64,000 bases of DNA from Cyanophyceae cyanobacterium (GTDB lineage: Bacteria > Cyanobacteriota > Cyanobacteriia > Cyanobacteriales > Laspinemataceae): the NCBI GenBank assembly GCA_038321985.1, contig JBBQFN010000005.1, positions 128,001-192,000 of the forward strand, in the 5' to 3' direction. A program made the position numbers and the translations under genes. This document shows, one piece after another, positions 40,505 to 49,274 of the stretch. Within the stretch, counting starts at the first letter, position 1. Every line of letters begins with the position of its first letter. The notes under the pieces were generated by a model. The model had not been told where the DNA came from and made no database searches. It was given only the letters and a program-made list of their open reading frames with translations.

Positions 40505-41647
40505 ATGGCAATCAATCCCTTACTTCAAAAAATTGAACAAGAATACGGTCAAAGTATCTGGATGGATAATTTGAACCGAGACCTGATTAAGTCCGGTGAA
40601 TTGAAAACCCTCATTGAAACCCGAGGATTGCGGGGACTGACCTCAAATCCCTCGATTTTTGAAAAGGCAATTGTGGGAAATGCTATCTACGATGATGACA
40701 TCGAAGCAGGCATCCAAGCGGGTAAATCTGTTCAGGAAATTTATGAGTCGTTAGTGTTTGAAGATATTCGCAATGCTTGCGATCATTTTCGAGCCATTTA
40801 CGATGAAACAGAGGGTTTAGATGGCTATGTCAGTATTGAAGTGCCCCCGAACATGGCCCTGGATAGTGAAAAAACTCTCTCAGAAGCCAAGCGCTACTAC
40901 AAGGAGATTGAGCGGGAAAATGTGATGGTGAAAATCCCCGGTACTACCCAAGGTCTACAGGCAGTTGAAAAAGTAATTGCTGAGGGGATCAACGTTAATA
41001 TTACGTTGTTATTTTCTGTAGACAGTTATGTAGAAACAGCTTGGGCTTACATTCGCGGCTTAGAAGCGCGAGTTAAGAGCGGTGAAGATATTAGTAAGAT
41101 TTCTTCGGTGGCGAGTTTCTTTATCAGCCGAATCGATGTTAAAATAGATGAAGCAATCGACGAGAAGCTCCATCACGAGACTGAGCTCCAGAAAAAAGCC
41201 CAGCTAGAGCAAATCAAGGGCAAAGTGGCGATCGCCAATGCCAAGATTGCCTATCAAAAATACAAAGAAATCATTAACAGCGATCGCTGGCAAGCTCTCG
41301 CTGCCAAAGGAGCCAACCCCCAGCGTTTACTGTGGGCTTCTACCAGCAGCAAAAATCCCAATTACAGTGACGTCATCTATGTAGACCAACTGATTGGGCC
41401 CGATACCGTCAACACCCTGCCTCCAGCCACCATTGAAGCTTGTGCGGATCACTGCGACGTGGCAAGCCGAATCGAAAGCGATGTAGACAAAGCCTACCAC
41501 CTCATCGAGAACTTGCCTGAATTCGGAATTGACCTGGATCAAGTCATGGCAGAACTCTTAGACGAAGGAATTGAGAAATTCATTCAACCCTTTGAGTCCC
41601 TGATGAGCTCTTTGGAAGCTAAAGTCAAAAAACTGGCTCCCGCTTAG
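40505..41647 (+). CDS. tal: Transaldolase
   Basis: SIWMDN, GLTSNPSIF, VSIEV, VKIPGT, SVASFFISRID, QRLLWASTSSK. Confidence 0.96.
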   Translation: MAINPLLQKIEQEYGQSIWMDNLNRDLIKSGELKTLIETRGLRGLTSNPSIFEKAIVGNAIYDDDIEAGIQAGKSVQEIYESLVFEDIRNACDHFRAIYDETEGLDGYVSIEVPPNMALDSEKTLSEAKRYYKEIERENVMVKIPGTTQGLQAVEKVIAEGINVNITLLFSVDSYVETAWAYIRGLEARVKSGEDISKISSVASFFISRIDVKIDEAIDEKLHHETELQKKAQLEQIKGKVAIANAKIAYQKYKEIINSDRWQALAAKGANPQRLLWASTSSKNPNYSDVIYVDQLIGPDTVNTLPPATIEACADHCDVASRIESDVDKAYHLIENLPEFGIDLDQVMAELLDEGIEKFIQPFESLMSSLEAKVKKLAPA

Positions 41648-41657
41648 TCGGGAAGGG

Positions 41658-41692
41658 AAAATGGGTACGGCATTGCTCCGTCACCCATTTTT
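41658..41692 (+). terminator. Hairpin after tal (intra-operon terminator or stabiliser)
   Basis: AAAATGGGT-ACGG / CCGT-C-ACCCATTTT followed by T. Confidence 0.55.
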
Positions 41693-41810
41693 CGGCTGAT
41701 CCAACGGATGATTTCTCGACCCAGAGCCCGAAAGAACAGATTGATACCTCAATCTCAGGATCGGTTCTTAATGTCTGATGTCCTAACCTCTAACCTATGC
41801 ATCAAACCAG

Positions 41811-43340
41811 ATGGTAACGCTATTAGAAAACCCCCTGCGCGTGGGACTCCAACAAGATCGGATTCCCGAACCGCAGATTTTGATTATTTTCGGGGCCTCC
41901 GGTGACCTAACCCAGAGAAAACTCGTTCCGGCAATCTATCAGATGAAGATGGAGCGCAAACTGCCTCCTGAACTGACCATTGTCGGGGTCTCCCGCAGCA
42001 CATGGAGTCACGAATTTTTCCGAGACCATTGCCGCGAAGGTGTCGAAGAATTTGGCAACGGGATTGGTTCAGAAGCGCTCTGGGAAGACTTTGCCAAAGG
42101 ATTGTTCTACTGTCCTGGGGATATAGACAAAGCGGAAAGCTACCAGAAACTCAAAGGATTTTTGAGTGAACTGGACGACAGCAGAGGCACTCGAGGTAAC
42201 CGAGTGTTTTACCTTTCCGTGGCACCGCGCTTTTTTGCCGAAGCGATTGAGCAACTCGGTGAGGCGGGAATGCTAGGCGATCGCGAAAAACAGCGCCTAG
42301 TCATTGAAAAACCCTTCGGTCATGATTTGAGTTCGGCACAGATCCTCAACCGAGTGGTTCAAAAAGTCTGCTCAGAAAAGCAGGTTTACCGCATCGACCA
42401 TTACTTAGGCAAGGAAACCGTGCAGAATCTGCTCGTGTTTCGCTTCGCCAATGCAATTTTTGAACCTTTGTGGAATCGTCAGTTTGTCGATTGCGTTCAA
42501 ATCACCGTCGCGGAAACCGTCGGTTTGGAAGGACGCGCTGGGTATTATGAATCATCAGGAGCGCTTCGGGATATGGTGCAAAACCACCTGATGCAACTGT
42601 TTACCCTGACGGCAATGGAACCTCCCAACTCTCTCGATGCCGACAGCATCCGGAATGAAAAGGTAAAAGTTCTAGAAGCCACTCATCTAGCTGATATTGA
42701 AAATCTCGACCTTTCAGCCACTCGGGGTCAGTACACCTCCGGATGGATGAAAGGGAAACAGGTTCCCGGCTATCGAGAAGAGGAAGGGGTAAACGAGAAT
42801 TCGACGACGCCCACTTATGCGGCCCTCAAACTTTATATTGATAACTGGCGCTGGAAGGGAGTCCCGTTCTACATGAGAACCGGTAAACGGATGCCGAAAA
42901 AGGTTACCGAAATTGCGATTCAGTTTCGAGAAGTGCCATTTTTGATGTTCCAGTCTGCCGCAAAACAGGCCAATCCCAATGTATTGGCGATGCGGATTCA
43001 GCCGAATGAAGGGATTTCTATGCGTTTTGAGGTGAAAACGCCGGGACCCTCGTTGCGGACTCGCTCAGTGGATATGGATTTCCGCTACGATACCACCTTT
43101 GGTCAGGCCAATACGGATGCTTACAGCCGCCTGTTGATAGACTGTATGTTAGGGGACCAAACTCTGTTTACCCGAGGGGATGAGGTAGAGGAGTCTTGGC
43201 GAGTCCTGACACCCCTCTTGCAAGTCTGGGATGCTCCCGCTCATCCGGAGGCAGTCGCCCTTTATGAAGCCGGAACTTGGGGACCTGTGGAAGCGGAGAT
43301 GCTACTCAATCGTCACGCTCGCCGCTGGCGGAGGTTGTAA
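41811..43340 (+). CDS. zwf: Glucose-6-phosphate dehydrogenase
   Basis: [27 protein letters not shown]. Confidence 0.97.
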   Translation: MVTLLENPLRVGLQQDRIPEPQILIIFGASGDLTQRKLVPAIYQMKMERKLPPELTIVGVSRSTWSHEFFRDHCREGVEEFGNGIGSEALWEDFAKGLFYCPGDIDKAESYQKLKGFLSELDDSRGTRGNRVFYLSVAPRFFAEAIEQLGEAGMLGDREKQRLVIEKPFGHDLSSAQILNRVVQKVCSEKQVYRIDHYLGKETVQNLLVFRFANAIFEPLWNRQFVDCVQITVAETVGLEGRAGYYESSGALRDMVQNHLMQLFTLTAMEPPNSLDADSIRNEKVKVLEATHLADIENLDLSATRGQYTSGWMKGKQVPGYREEEGVNENSTTPTYAALKLYIDNWRWKGVPFYMRTGKRMPKKVTEIAIQFREVPFLMFQSAAKQANPNVLAMRIQPNEGISMRFEVKTPGPSLRTRSVDMDFRYDTTFGQANTDAYSRLLIDCMLGDQTLFTRGDEVEESWRVLTPLLQVWDAPAHPEAVALYEAGTWGPVEAEMLLNRHARRWRRL

Positions 43341-43586
43341 CTTTTGATATCTGAAGGATGAAGGGGGGGGAACCAGGAAATAGGGAACCCCTAATCGGGA
43401 ATAGACCTCTTGAAGAATTACAAAGAAATTCCTGCCAACCCCCCTTAATCAGGTCAATCCGGGGAGAGTTCCGAAATTCTGCAACTCGTCTAAATAAAGC
43501 AGAGGACTCAAAACATTAGTCTTTCATCCTTCATCCTGCCCAGGAGTCCTTCTTCAACACTCACTACTCAACACTCAACAATCAAT

Positions 43587-44915
43587 ATGGCTACTCCAAT
43601 TGTTGCTCTCCAACAACCGAAAGATATTTCCCTCGATGAGATTGAGTCAGAATTGGGTCGAATCTGGCTCTCGGAAAGCGGCGGAAGGGCTGCTAGCATT
43701 GCTACCCGCGCTGCAACGTTTAGCATGGTGGTGTATGAGCCAGAAGAATTCCAGCAATTGCTGGGGGCTTTAGGCTTTTATGAAGGGCCAATTGATGGCA
43801 TTTACGGAGCGCTGACAAAAGAAGCCGTTAAAGAAGCCCAAATCACATACGGGATAAGAGTTACAGGTCGCATTGACCCGGAAACTTTGAAAAAGCTGCG
43901 CGAAGAGTACGATAAAATCCCTGCCGATCGCCAGAAAGTCACCAACCCCAATGCCAGAGGGTTCAGTATCAGCGAGGCGATCGCCGCTCAAAATCCCTGC
44001 CGCATTATCACCATCTGTCCCGTCCTCGGTGAAGATGAGGGCGTCACGGCTCAGGTTTCGGCCTATTGTCCCCTCCAAAAAGGCAACTCCAGCCGCTTAA
44101 TTTGCTGCGAGTACATCACCCTGCGCGGCACGAAGCAAGCACTACAACGAGTCGGCGATTTGGTGGTGTCTTTGATGATTCCCTCCTTGCCGAAATTTGT
44201 CTGGTGGAAGGCAACCCCAAATCCCGAGCAAGAGTTGTTCCAAAAGCTCTCGGAATCATGCAATTGCATGATTATGGACTCGTCTTACTTTAGCGACCCC
44301 GAGTCAGAGTTTCTAAAGATGCAAAAGCTCATCGATGAAGAAACTTATATGGCGGACTTGAACTGGCACCGGCTCACTTCTTGGCAAGAGTTGGCTGCAG
44401 CGGCTTTTGACCCCCCGGAACGTCGCGCTTCCCTGATAGAACTTGATCGCGTGACGATTGACTATGAAAAAGGAAATGCCTCTCAAGCGCTGATGTTCCT
44501 CGGGTGGCTCTCTTCTCGCCTCGGTTGGGAACCCCTGTCTTACAAGGACGAGGGGGGGGATTACGATATTCGCCGCATCTCCTTCAAAGGCCCGGGCGGT
44601 CATACCATCGAAGCCGAGTTAGCCGCTATTCCCACTGCCGATTGGGGTGAGATTACAGGGGATATGGTAGGATTGCGTCTCACTTCTACCAATAGTGAGG
44701 CAAATTGCTGCACGATTTTGTGTTCAGAAACCACGGGCTGTATGCGGATGGAGTCCGGCGGTAGCGCCCAAAACTGCCGCACAGAACAGGTGACACCGTT
44801 AACGGACCAAAAGGCAGAATACCTTCTGGGTCAACAGTTACAGCGCTGGGGTCGCGATATGCTCTATGAAGAAAGTCTCTCGGTGACGACTGAGATTCTC
44901 AAGTTACGTCAGTAA
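43587..44915 (+). CDS. opcA: G6PDH assembly/activator protein OpcA
   Basis: Directly after zwf; ATRAATF, NPCRII, ICCEYITL, DLNW.RL..W; internal peptidoglycan-binding-like segment LGFYEGPIDGIYG. Confidence 0.95.
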   Translation: MATPIVALQQPKDISLDEIESELGRIWLSESGGRAASIATRAATFSMVVYEPEEFQQLLGALGFYEGPIDGIYGALTKEAVKEAQITYGIRVTGRIDPETLKKLREEYDKIPADRQKVTNPNARGFSISEAIAAQNPCRIITICPVLGEDEGVTAQVSAYCPLQKGNSSRLICCEYITLRGTKQALQRVGDLVVSLMIPSLPKFVWWKATPNPEQELFQKLSESCNCMIMDSSYFSDPESEFLKMQKLIDEETYMADLNWHRLTSWQELAAAAFDPPERRASLIELDRVTIDYEKGNASQALMFLGWLSSRLGWEPLSYKDEGGDYDIRRISFKGPGGHTIEAELAAIPTADWGEITGDMVGLRLTSTNSEANCCTILCSETTGCMRMESGGSAQNCRTEQVTPLTDQKAEYLLGQQLQRWGRDMLYEESLSVTTEILKLRQ

Positions 44916-44923
44916 TCTAATTT

Positions 44924-44970
44924 AGTGGGGCGATCGCCAGTTTGTAAGGGGGCGATCGCCCCACTTTTTT
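44924..44970 (+). terminator. Terminator of the fbp-tal-zwf-opcA cluster, with both arms built on HIP1 sites
   Basis: AGTGGGGCGATCGCC / GGCGATCGCCCCACT followed by a T run. Confidence 0.75.
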
Positions 44971-44996
44971 CGGAGCACTTCCAACCCTGATGACTG

Positions 44997-46025
44997 ATGG
45001 TGTACAATCTTCATTCTGCATTAGTGCGGCATTGGGGCGAACCCGCCCGCAATAATTTAGAGCCTTTACAAGCAGGGATTCAAAGCGGTTTGGACTGTGG
45101 CGATCATGAATATGCCAGCTATAGCAATCCTAAATCAGTTGTGGAATGGACCCTCACCCCCAACCCCTCTCCCAGAACGGGAGAGGGGAGAAGACAGATG
45201 TTATAAATCATTTAGGAATGCTATATTGCATCAAGGATTATTGTGTGGATCTGTTTTTGACGGGCTATCCCTTGGATGAGGTGAATGCCCAGCCGAACTG
45301 GATATTACCCGGCAATTGCCACAAAAAATGCTCCCGAACCCCGAAGAATTACAGGAAATTCCCGGCTTGGAAATTGCCGGATTTATGGAACCGGCAGATG
45401 AAGTGGGGGAGATTATTACGATGTCCTCAATTATGAGGGCCGGGTAAAAATTGGTATCAGTGATGTTACCGGACATGGCCTAGAATCCGGTAGGGTTATG
45501 CTCATGGTGCAAACGGCTGTGCGAACTTTATTGGCTTATAATGAAACGGGTTATATTAAGGTTTTAAGTACCATCAACCGCACGATTTATGATAACGTAG
45601 CCCGAATGAACTCGGAGAAAAACCTGAGTTTAGTTTTATTGGATTATGCGGAGGGAGTCTTAAAAATTAGCGGCCAACATGAAGAAATAATAGTTGTTCG
45701 GACAAATGGAGAAATTGAGCTAATTGATACAATAAATTTAGGATTTTCCATTGGGTTGGTGATGGATATTTCGGATTTTATTACCCAAGCCGAAGTCCAG
45801 TTAAATCCTGGGGATGGAGTGGTTCTTTATACCGATGGAATTACGGAGGCTGCAAATCAGACGGGACAGCGATATGGATTAGAACGACTGTGCCAGATTG
45901 TGTCCCAGAATTGGCAGCAGTCTGCGGAAGGAATTTGGGAAGCTGCAATTGATAGCTTGCGAGAATTTATTGGCGATAAAAAAGTATCTGATGATATTAC
46001 CCTGGTCGTATTAAAGCAACGGTAA
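44997..46025 (+). pseudogene. Remnant of a multi-domain sensor kinase (AAA-type) / PP2C-SpoIIE phosphatase gene
   Basis: Fragment RHWGEP...SGLDCGDHEYASY|CIKDYC..LFLTGYPL split by a MITE; out-of-frame AELDITRQL...GFMEPADEVG from 45292; frameshift at the G5 run 45405-45409 before DYYD...DVTGHG; intact tail LYTDGITEA...DDIT. Confidence 0.85.
45122..45223. mobile_element. 102-bp MITE with TA target-site duplication (IS630/Tc1-like ends)
   Basis: TIRs TAGCAATCCTAAAT / ATTTAGGAATGCTA; TA at 45120-21 and 45224-25; inner palindrome CCCCTCTCCC/GGGAGAGGGG; excision restores the reading frame. Confidence 0.85.
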
Positions 46026-46096
46026 AAGGGGCAGAAAAAAGGCTAATTTTGCTGAAAAAAGGAGGGGAATTGAGGAATTCCTTCCCTTAATATTAA

Positions 46097-46150
46097 GTTT
46101 TCAAAATAAAAAACCGCACCTTAAAGGGTGCGGTTTTTTATTTTGAAAAC
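46097..46150. terminator. Bidirectional terminator (24-bp perfect inverted repeat)
   Basis: GTTTTCAAAATAAAAAACCGCACC-TTAAAG-GGTGCGGTTTTTTATTTTGAAAAC between convergent genes. Confidence 0.85.
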
Positions 46151-46161
46151 CTGCTTCCGTA

Positions 46162-46899
46162 TTAAATGGTATCGGGATCAACTCCCATTTCTATCAATTT
46201 GGCAGCAAGGCGATCAGCCTTGGATTGAGCTAATTCAGCTTGCTGTTGTGCTGCTTCATTGGGTAACAAAACCAGAGTTCCATCGGGATTGTAAAAGCGT
46301 AACCAAATGATAGAAACTTGCGTTAGAGTTCCCTCCCAATTTCCCAGCCATACCCCTAGAGTTTCGCACCATAACCAGCCCCGTTCATCGGGTTCAATGG
46401 GTTGATACTGTTGACTGGCATCCAAATGCCAACCTTGCAAAGAATTGGGATTAAAGGGGTCATAAACGAAATAATCCGGAGTTCGGAATACTCGTTCATA
46501 GAGGTCTTTTTTCGGTCCAAGGTCAACTTTTCGGGTACTGGGGGACGTCAGTTCTATAATCACATCTGGATAACGACCCTCTTCCTCCCAGACGACCCAT
46601 CCCAGGCGATCGCCTGGTTCTACATCCAAAACGGCAAAGAAATCCGGCCCTCTGAAATCTCGATTTTTGGCTTGGGTACTGCTGTAATAAATAAACATAT
46701 TACCCCCCATAAAATAATCATTGCGGTCCGGGAATAGGGCCGGAAATGAATCAATGAGGGCATTCATTGCAATGCGGTGTCGATTACTTTCCAAGGGTTC
46801 TCCGTCATCGAAAATTAGGTCCGTAGGAGGCATGGGAGGTTCCCACTCGGCTGTCTCTGGGACGGGGTTCGTAGTTTCTGCGATCGCCTCGGCAGACAT
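46162..46899 (-). CDS. Uma2 family (DUF820) putative endonuclease
   Basis: DGEPLES..H, GPDFF, PDVIIELTSPST, DYFVYDP, WLRFY. Confidence 0.93.
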   Translation of the reverse strand: MSAEAIAETTNPVPETAEWEPPMPPTDLIFDDGEPLESNRHRIAMNALIDSFPALFPDRNDYFMGGNMFIYYSSTQAKNRDFRGPDFFAVLDVEPGDRLGWVVWEEEGRYPDVIIELTSPSTRKVDLGPKKDLYERVFRTPDYFVYDPFNPNSLQGWHLDASQQYQPIEPDERGWLWCETLGVWLGNWEGTLTQVSIIWLRFYNPDGTLVLLPNEAAQQQAELAQSKADRLAAKLIEMGVDPDTI

Positions 46900-47080
46900 G
46901 GCACTCTCTCCATTGAATTGCTAGATTTAGTTTAACTGAATCCCCGGGAATTCACCCAGTCCCTTCCTTGGGTCAAGTTATGGTGTGGCAGAAGATAAAT
47001 CGCATCAGGTTTAATGGCAAAGTAGGATATAGTAAACCTAATTGATGGCCTCAACTGAATTAAACTCGCCTGTTATCAAA

Positions 47081-48520
47081 ATGACTTTAGTAATTGCCGG
47101 GGAAAGAAGCGGCGTCGGAAAAACAACGATAACTTTAGCAATTTTGGCATATCTGCAACGTCAAGGGCTGAAGGTTCAATCTTTTAAAGTTGGACCGGAT
47201 TATATTGATCCAATGTTTCATCATTATGTCACGGGCCGCCCTTGCCGCAATTTAGATCCAGTTTTAACTTCAACTGATTATGTCAAAAATTGTTTTAATC
47301 GCCATTCTCAATCGGCAGAATTCTCCTTAATTGAAGGGGTAATGGGGTTATTTGATGGGATTCAACCCGTGCCCCTATTAATGAATTCATCCCCCTTATT
47401 TTTTCGCGGGGATTTTGCCAGTACGGCACATATTGCTCGATTGTTAAAATTGCCGGTAATTTTAGTTCTGGATTGTAGTCGATTGTCCGGTTCTATAGCT
47501 GCGATCGCCCACGGGTATCGGACTCTGGATCCTAACTTGGAAATAGCCGGTGCAATCCTGAATCGAGTGGGAAGCGATCGCCATTTAGAACTATTACAAG
47601 ATGCGTTAGAAACCATTCAATTTCCAATCTTAGGCTTGTTACGGCGACAGGATCACATTACGATTCCCGATCGCCATCTCGGATTAATTCCCACCGCCGA
47701 ACTCCCCCAACTGGATGCCTTAATTGATCGCCTTGCACATTTAGCGGAAACTTGTTTTGATTGGGAACAGCTACTCCCCCTGCTAAAATCCACTCCGGCA
47801 ACTCCGGTAAAACCAGCAGAAATCATCCCAAATTGGGACGGGTTTAAATCAAAAATCCCGGTGGCGATCGCCACCGATGCTGCCTTTAATTTCTACTATC
47901 AAGATAATCTAGACAGTCTCGAATCCCTAGGTGCCGAACTGATCCCTTGGAGTCCCTTGAAAGATTCAGTCCTACCCCAGGGTGTGCAGGGATTATATTT
48001 AGGCGGGGGATTCCCGGAAATCTTTGCTGAAACCCTAGCTGAAAATACGGCTGCACTCCAATCTGTCTATCAGGCAGTCGCCTCGGGAATGCCTACTTAT
48101 GCTGAATGTGGCGGTTTGATGTATTTATGTCAAAATCTGGTTGATTTTGCCGGGAAATCTTGGCCGATGGTGGGAATTTTACCCACCCACGCTGTCATGG
48201 GTCCCCGCCTCAGTTTGGGATATCGACGCGCTACAACCCTTCAAGATACCCCCTTACTCGTAGCAGGAGAAACCGTATGGGGTCACGAGTTCCATCGATC
48301 GCGCCTTACCCCCGAATCCACTTCCCCTCTATTTCAACTCCAGGGATTTAATCGGTCCTCAGCAGTGACTCAGGAAGGATGGGGATTTTCTCCCTTAACA
48401 GCAACACCCCAGCTTCATGCCTCCTATATTCATCTTCACTGGGGGGGACAGTGGCAGATTCCCCAGCGATTTTTACTCAGTTGTCAAGGTTTGCTCCCGG
48501 GGTTCAAGACTTTTTTGTAA
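47081..48520 (+). CDS. cobB: Cobyrinate a,c-diamide synthase (CobB/CbiA)
   Basis: SGVGKTT, FKVGPDYIDP, EGVMGLFDG, RHLGL, GGGFPE, AECGG, GHEFH. Confidence 0.95.
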   Translation: MTLVIAGERSGVGKTTITLAILAYLQRQGLKVQSFKVGPDYIDPMFHHYVTGRPCRNLDPVLTSTDYVKNCFNRHSQSAEFSLIEGVMGLFDGIQPVPLLMNSSPLFFRGDFASTAHIARLLKLPVILVLDCSRLSGSIAAIAHGYRTLDPNLEIAGAILNRVGSDRHLELLQDALETIQFPILGLLRRQDHITIPDRHLGLIPTAELPQLDALIDRLAHLAETCFDWEQLLPLLKSTPATPVKPAEIIPNWDGFKSKIPVAIATDAAFNFYYQDNLDSLESLGAELIPWSPLKDSVLPQGVQGLYLGGGFPEIFAETLAENTAALQSVYQAVASGMPTYAECGGLMYLCQNLVDFAGKSWPMVGILPTHAVMGPRLSLGYRRATTLQDTPLLVAGETVWGHEFHRSRLTPESTSPLFQLQGFNRSSAVTQEGWGFSPLTATPQLHASYIHLHWGGQWQIPQRFLLSCQGLLPGFKTFL

Positions 48521-48566
48521 ACTTTTGTAAAATCTAGTTGAAGGTTTAAAAAGGATATGTTAGTTT
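48514..48566 (+). promoter_or_regulatory. Sigma70-type promoter with upstream inverted HLR1 repeat
   Basis: -35 TTGAAG (48538-43), 17-bp spacer, TGT-TAGTTT (-10 at 48561-66); minus-strand TTTACAAA-AG-TTTACAAA at 48514-48531. Confidence 0.6.
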
Positions 48567-48572
48567 AATAAT

Positions 48573-48812
48573 AGACACGGGAAAGACAAGAAAAGAAGGA
48601 GAAGAACTTAAGAGATTTGTAGGTTCCAAAGGCCGCGTGTCTCCTGTCTTGAGAACCGATGTGCAGTGAGGCCCAGGAAGGGTAAAGCTGCGTTAATTGT
48701 AAACCCTAGTAAGCAATTGTCCATCCTCTAAAACCTTTCGTCTTTTTTGCTATATATTTTGAAGAATCAGTCATTCCGTAAAAGGGTCTAGTCTTGTGAC
48801 TAGGCCCTTAAC
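48573..48812 (+). ncRNA. Candidate structured sRNA (~240 nt)
   Basis: Lies between the predicted promoter and the hairpin AAGGGTCTAGTC-TTGT-GACTAGGCCCTT (48782-48809); no credible ORF; several internal stems. Confidence 0.45.
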
Positions 48813-49274
48813 TATTTTAAAGGATAATTTTTAAGGGTAAATTTAGCAGGAAGGGCATTCAGAAAATTATTCCCGCAGAGGCGATCTTGGGGGTAGTAAT
48901 TTCCCTCAAATTGAATAAGAAACACCAAAACAAGCCCAGCCTGAAAACTGACTCACTGAGATCGCCGCCTCAGTCTCCTGGCAGAAAACCTCATATACGG
49001 TTAAAGTAAAAGGCGGGTGCCTCTCAAAGCGGAAAATCTTCTAAAACAGAAGCAAGGTAAAAATCGGCACAATTTCCGTAAACGCTTTGCCGATTCTCCT
49101 GATTCACCATGACCCACTCTGCTACTTTTCTATCAAAACTGATATGGAATTAGTCCGGGTTGTCATGACTGAAAACCCATATTTCACTACGCGTGAAGGG
49201 ATCATCAGGTACAAAGGCCGATCTTACGATACATTAAGCTCAACTCGATCCATCTGGATTTCATCAGCTCATTA

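Noticed and set aside
45146..45476. ORFs 45146-45436 (+) and 45231-45476 (-)
   Set aside because: By-products of the MITE insertion and pseudogene frames
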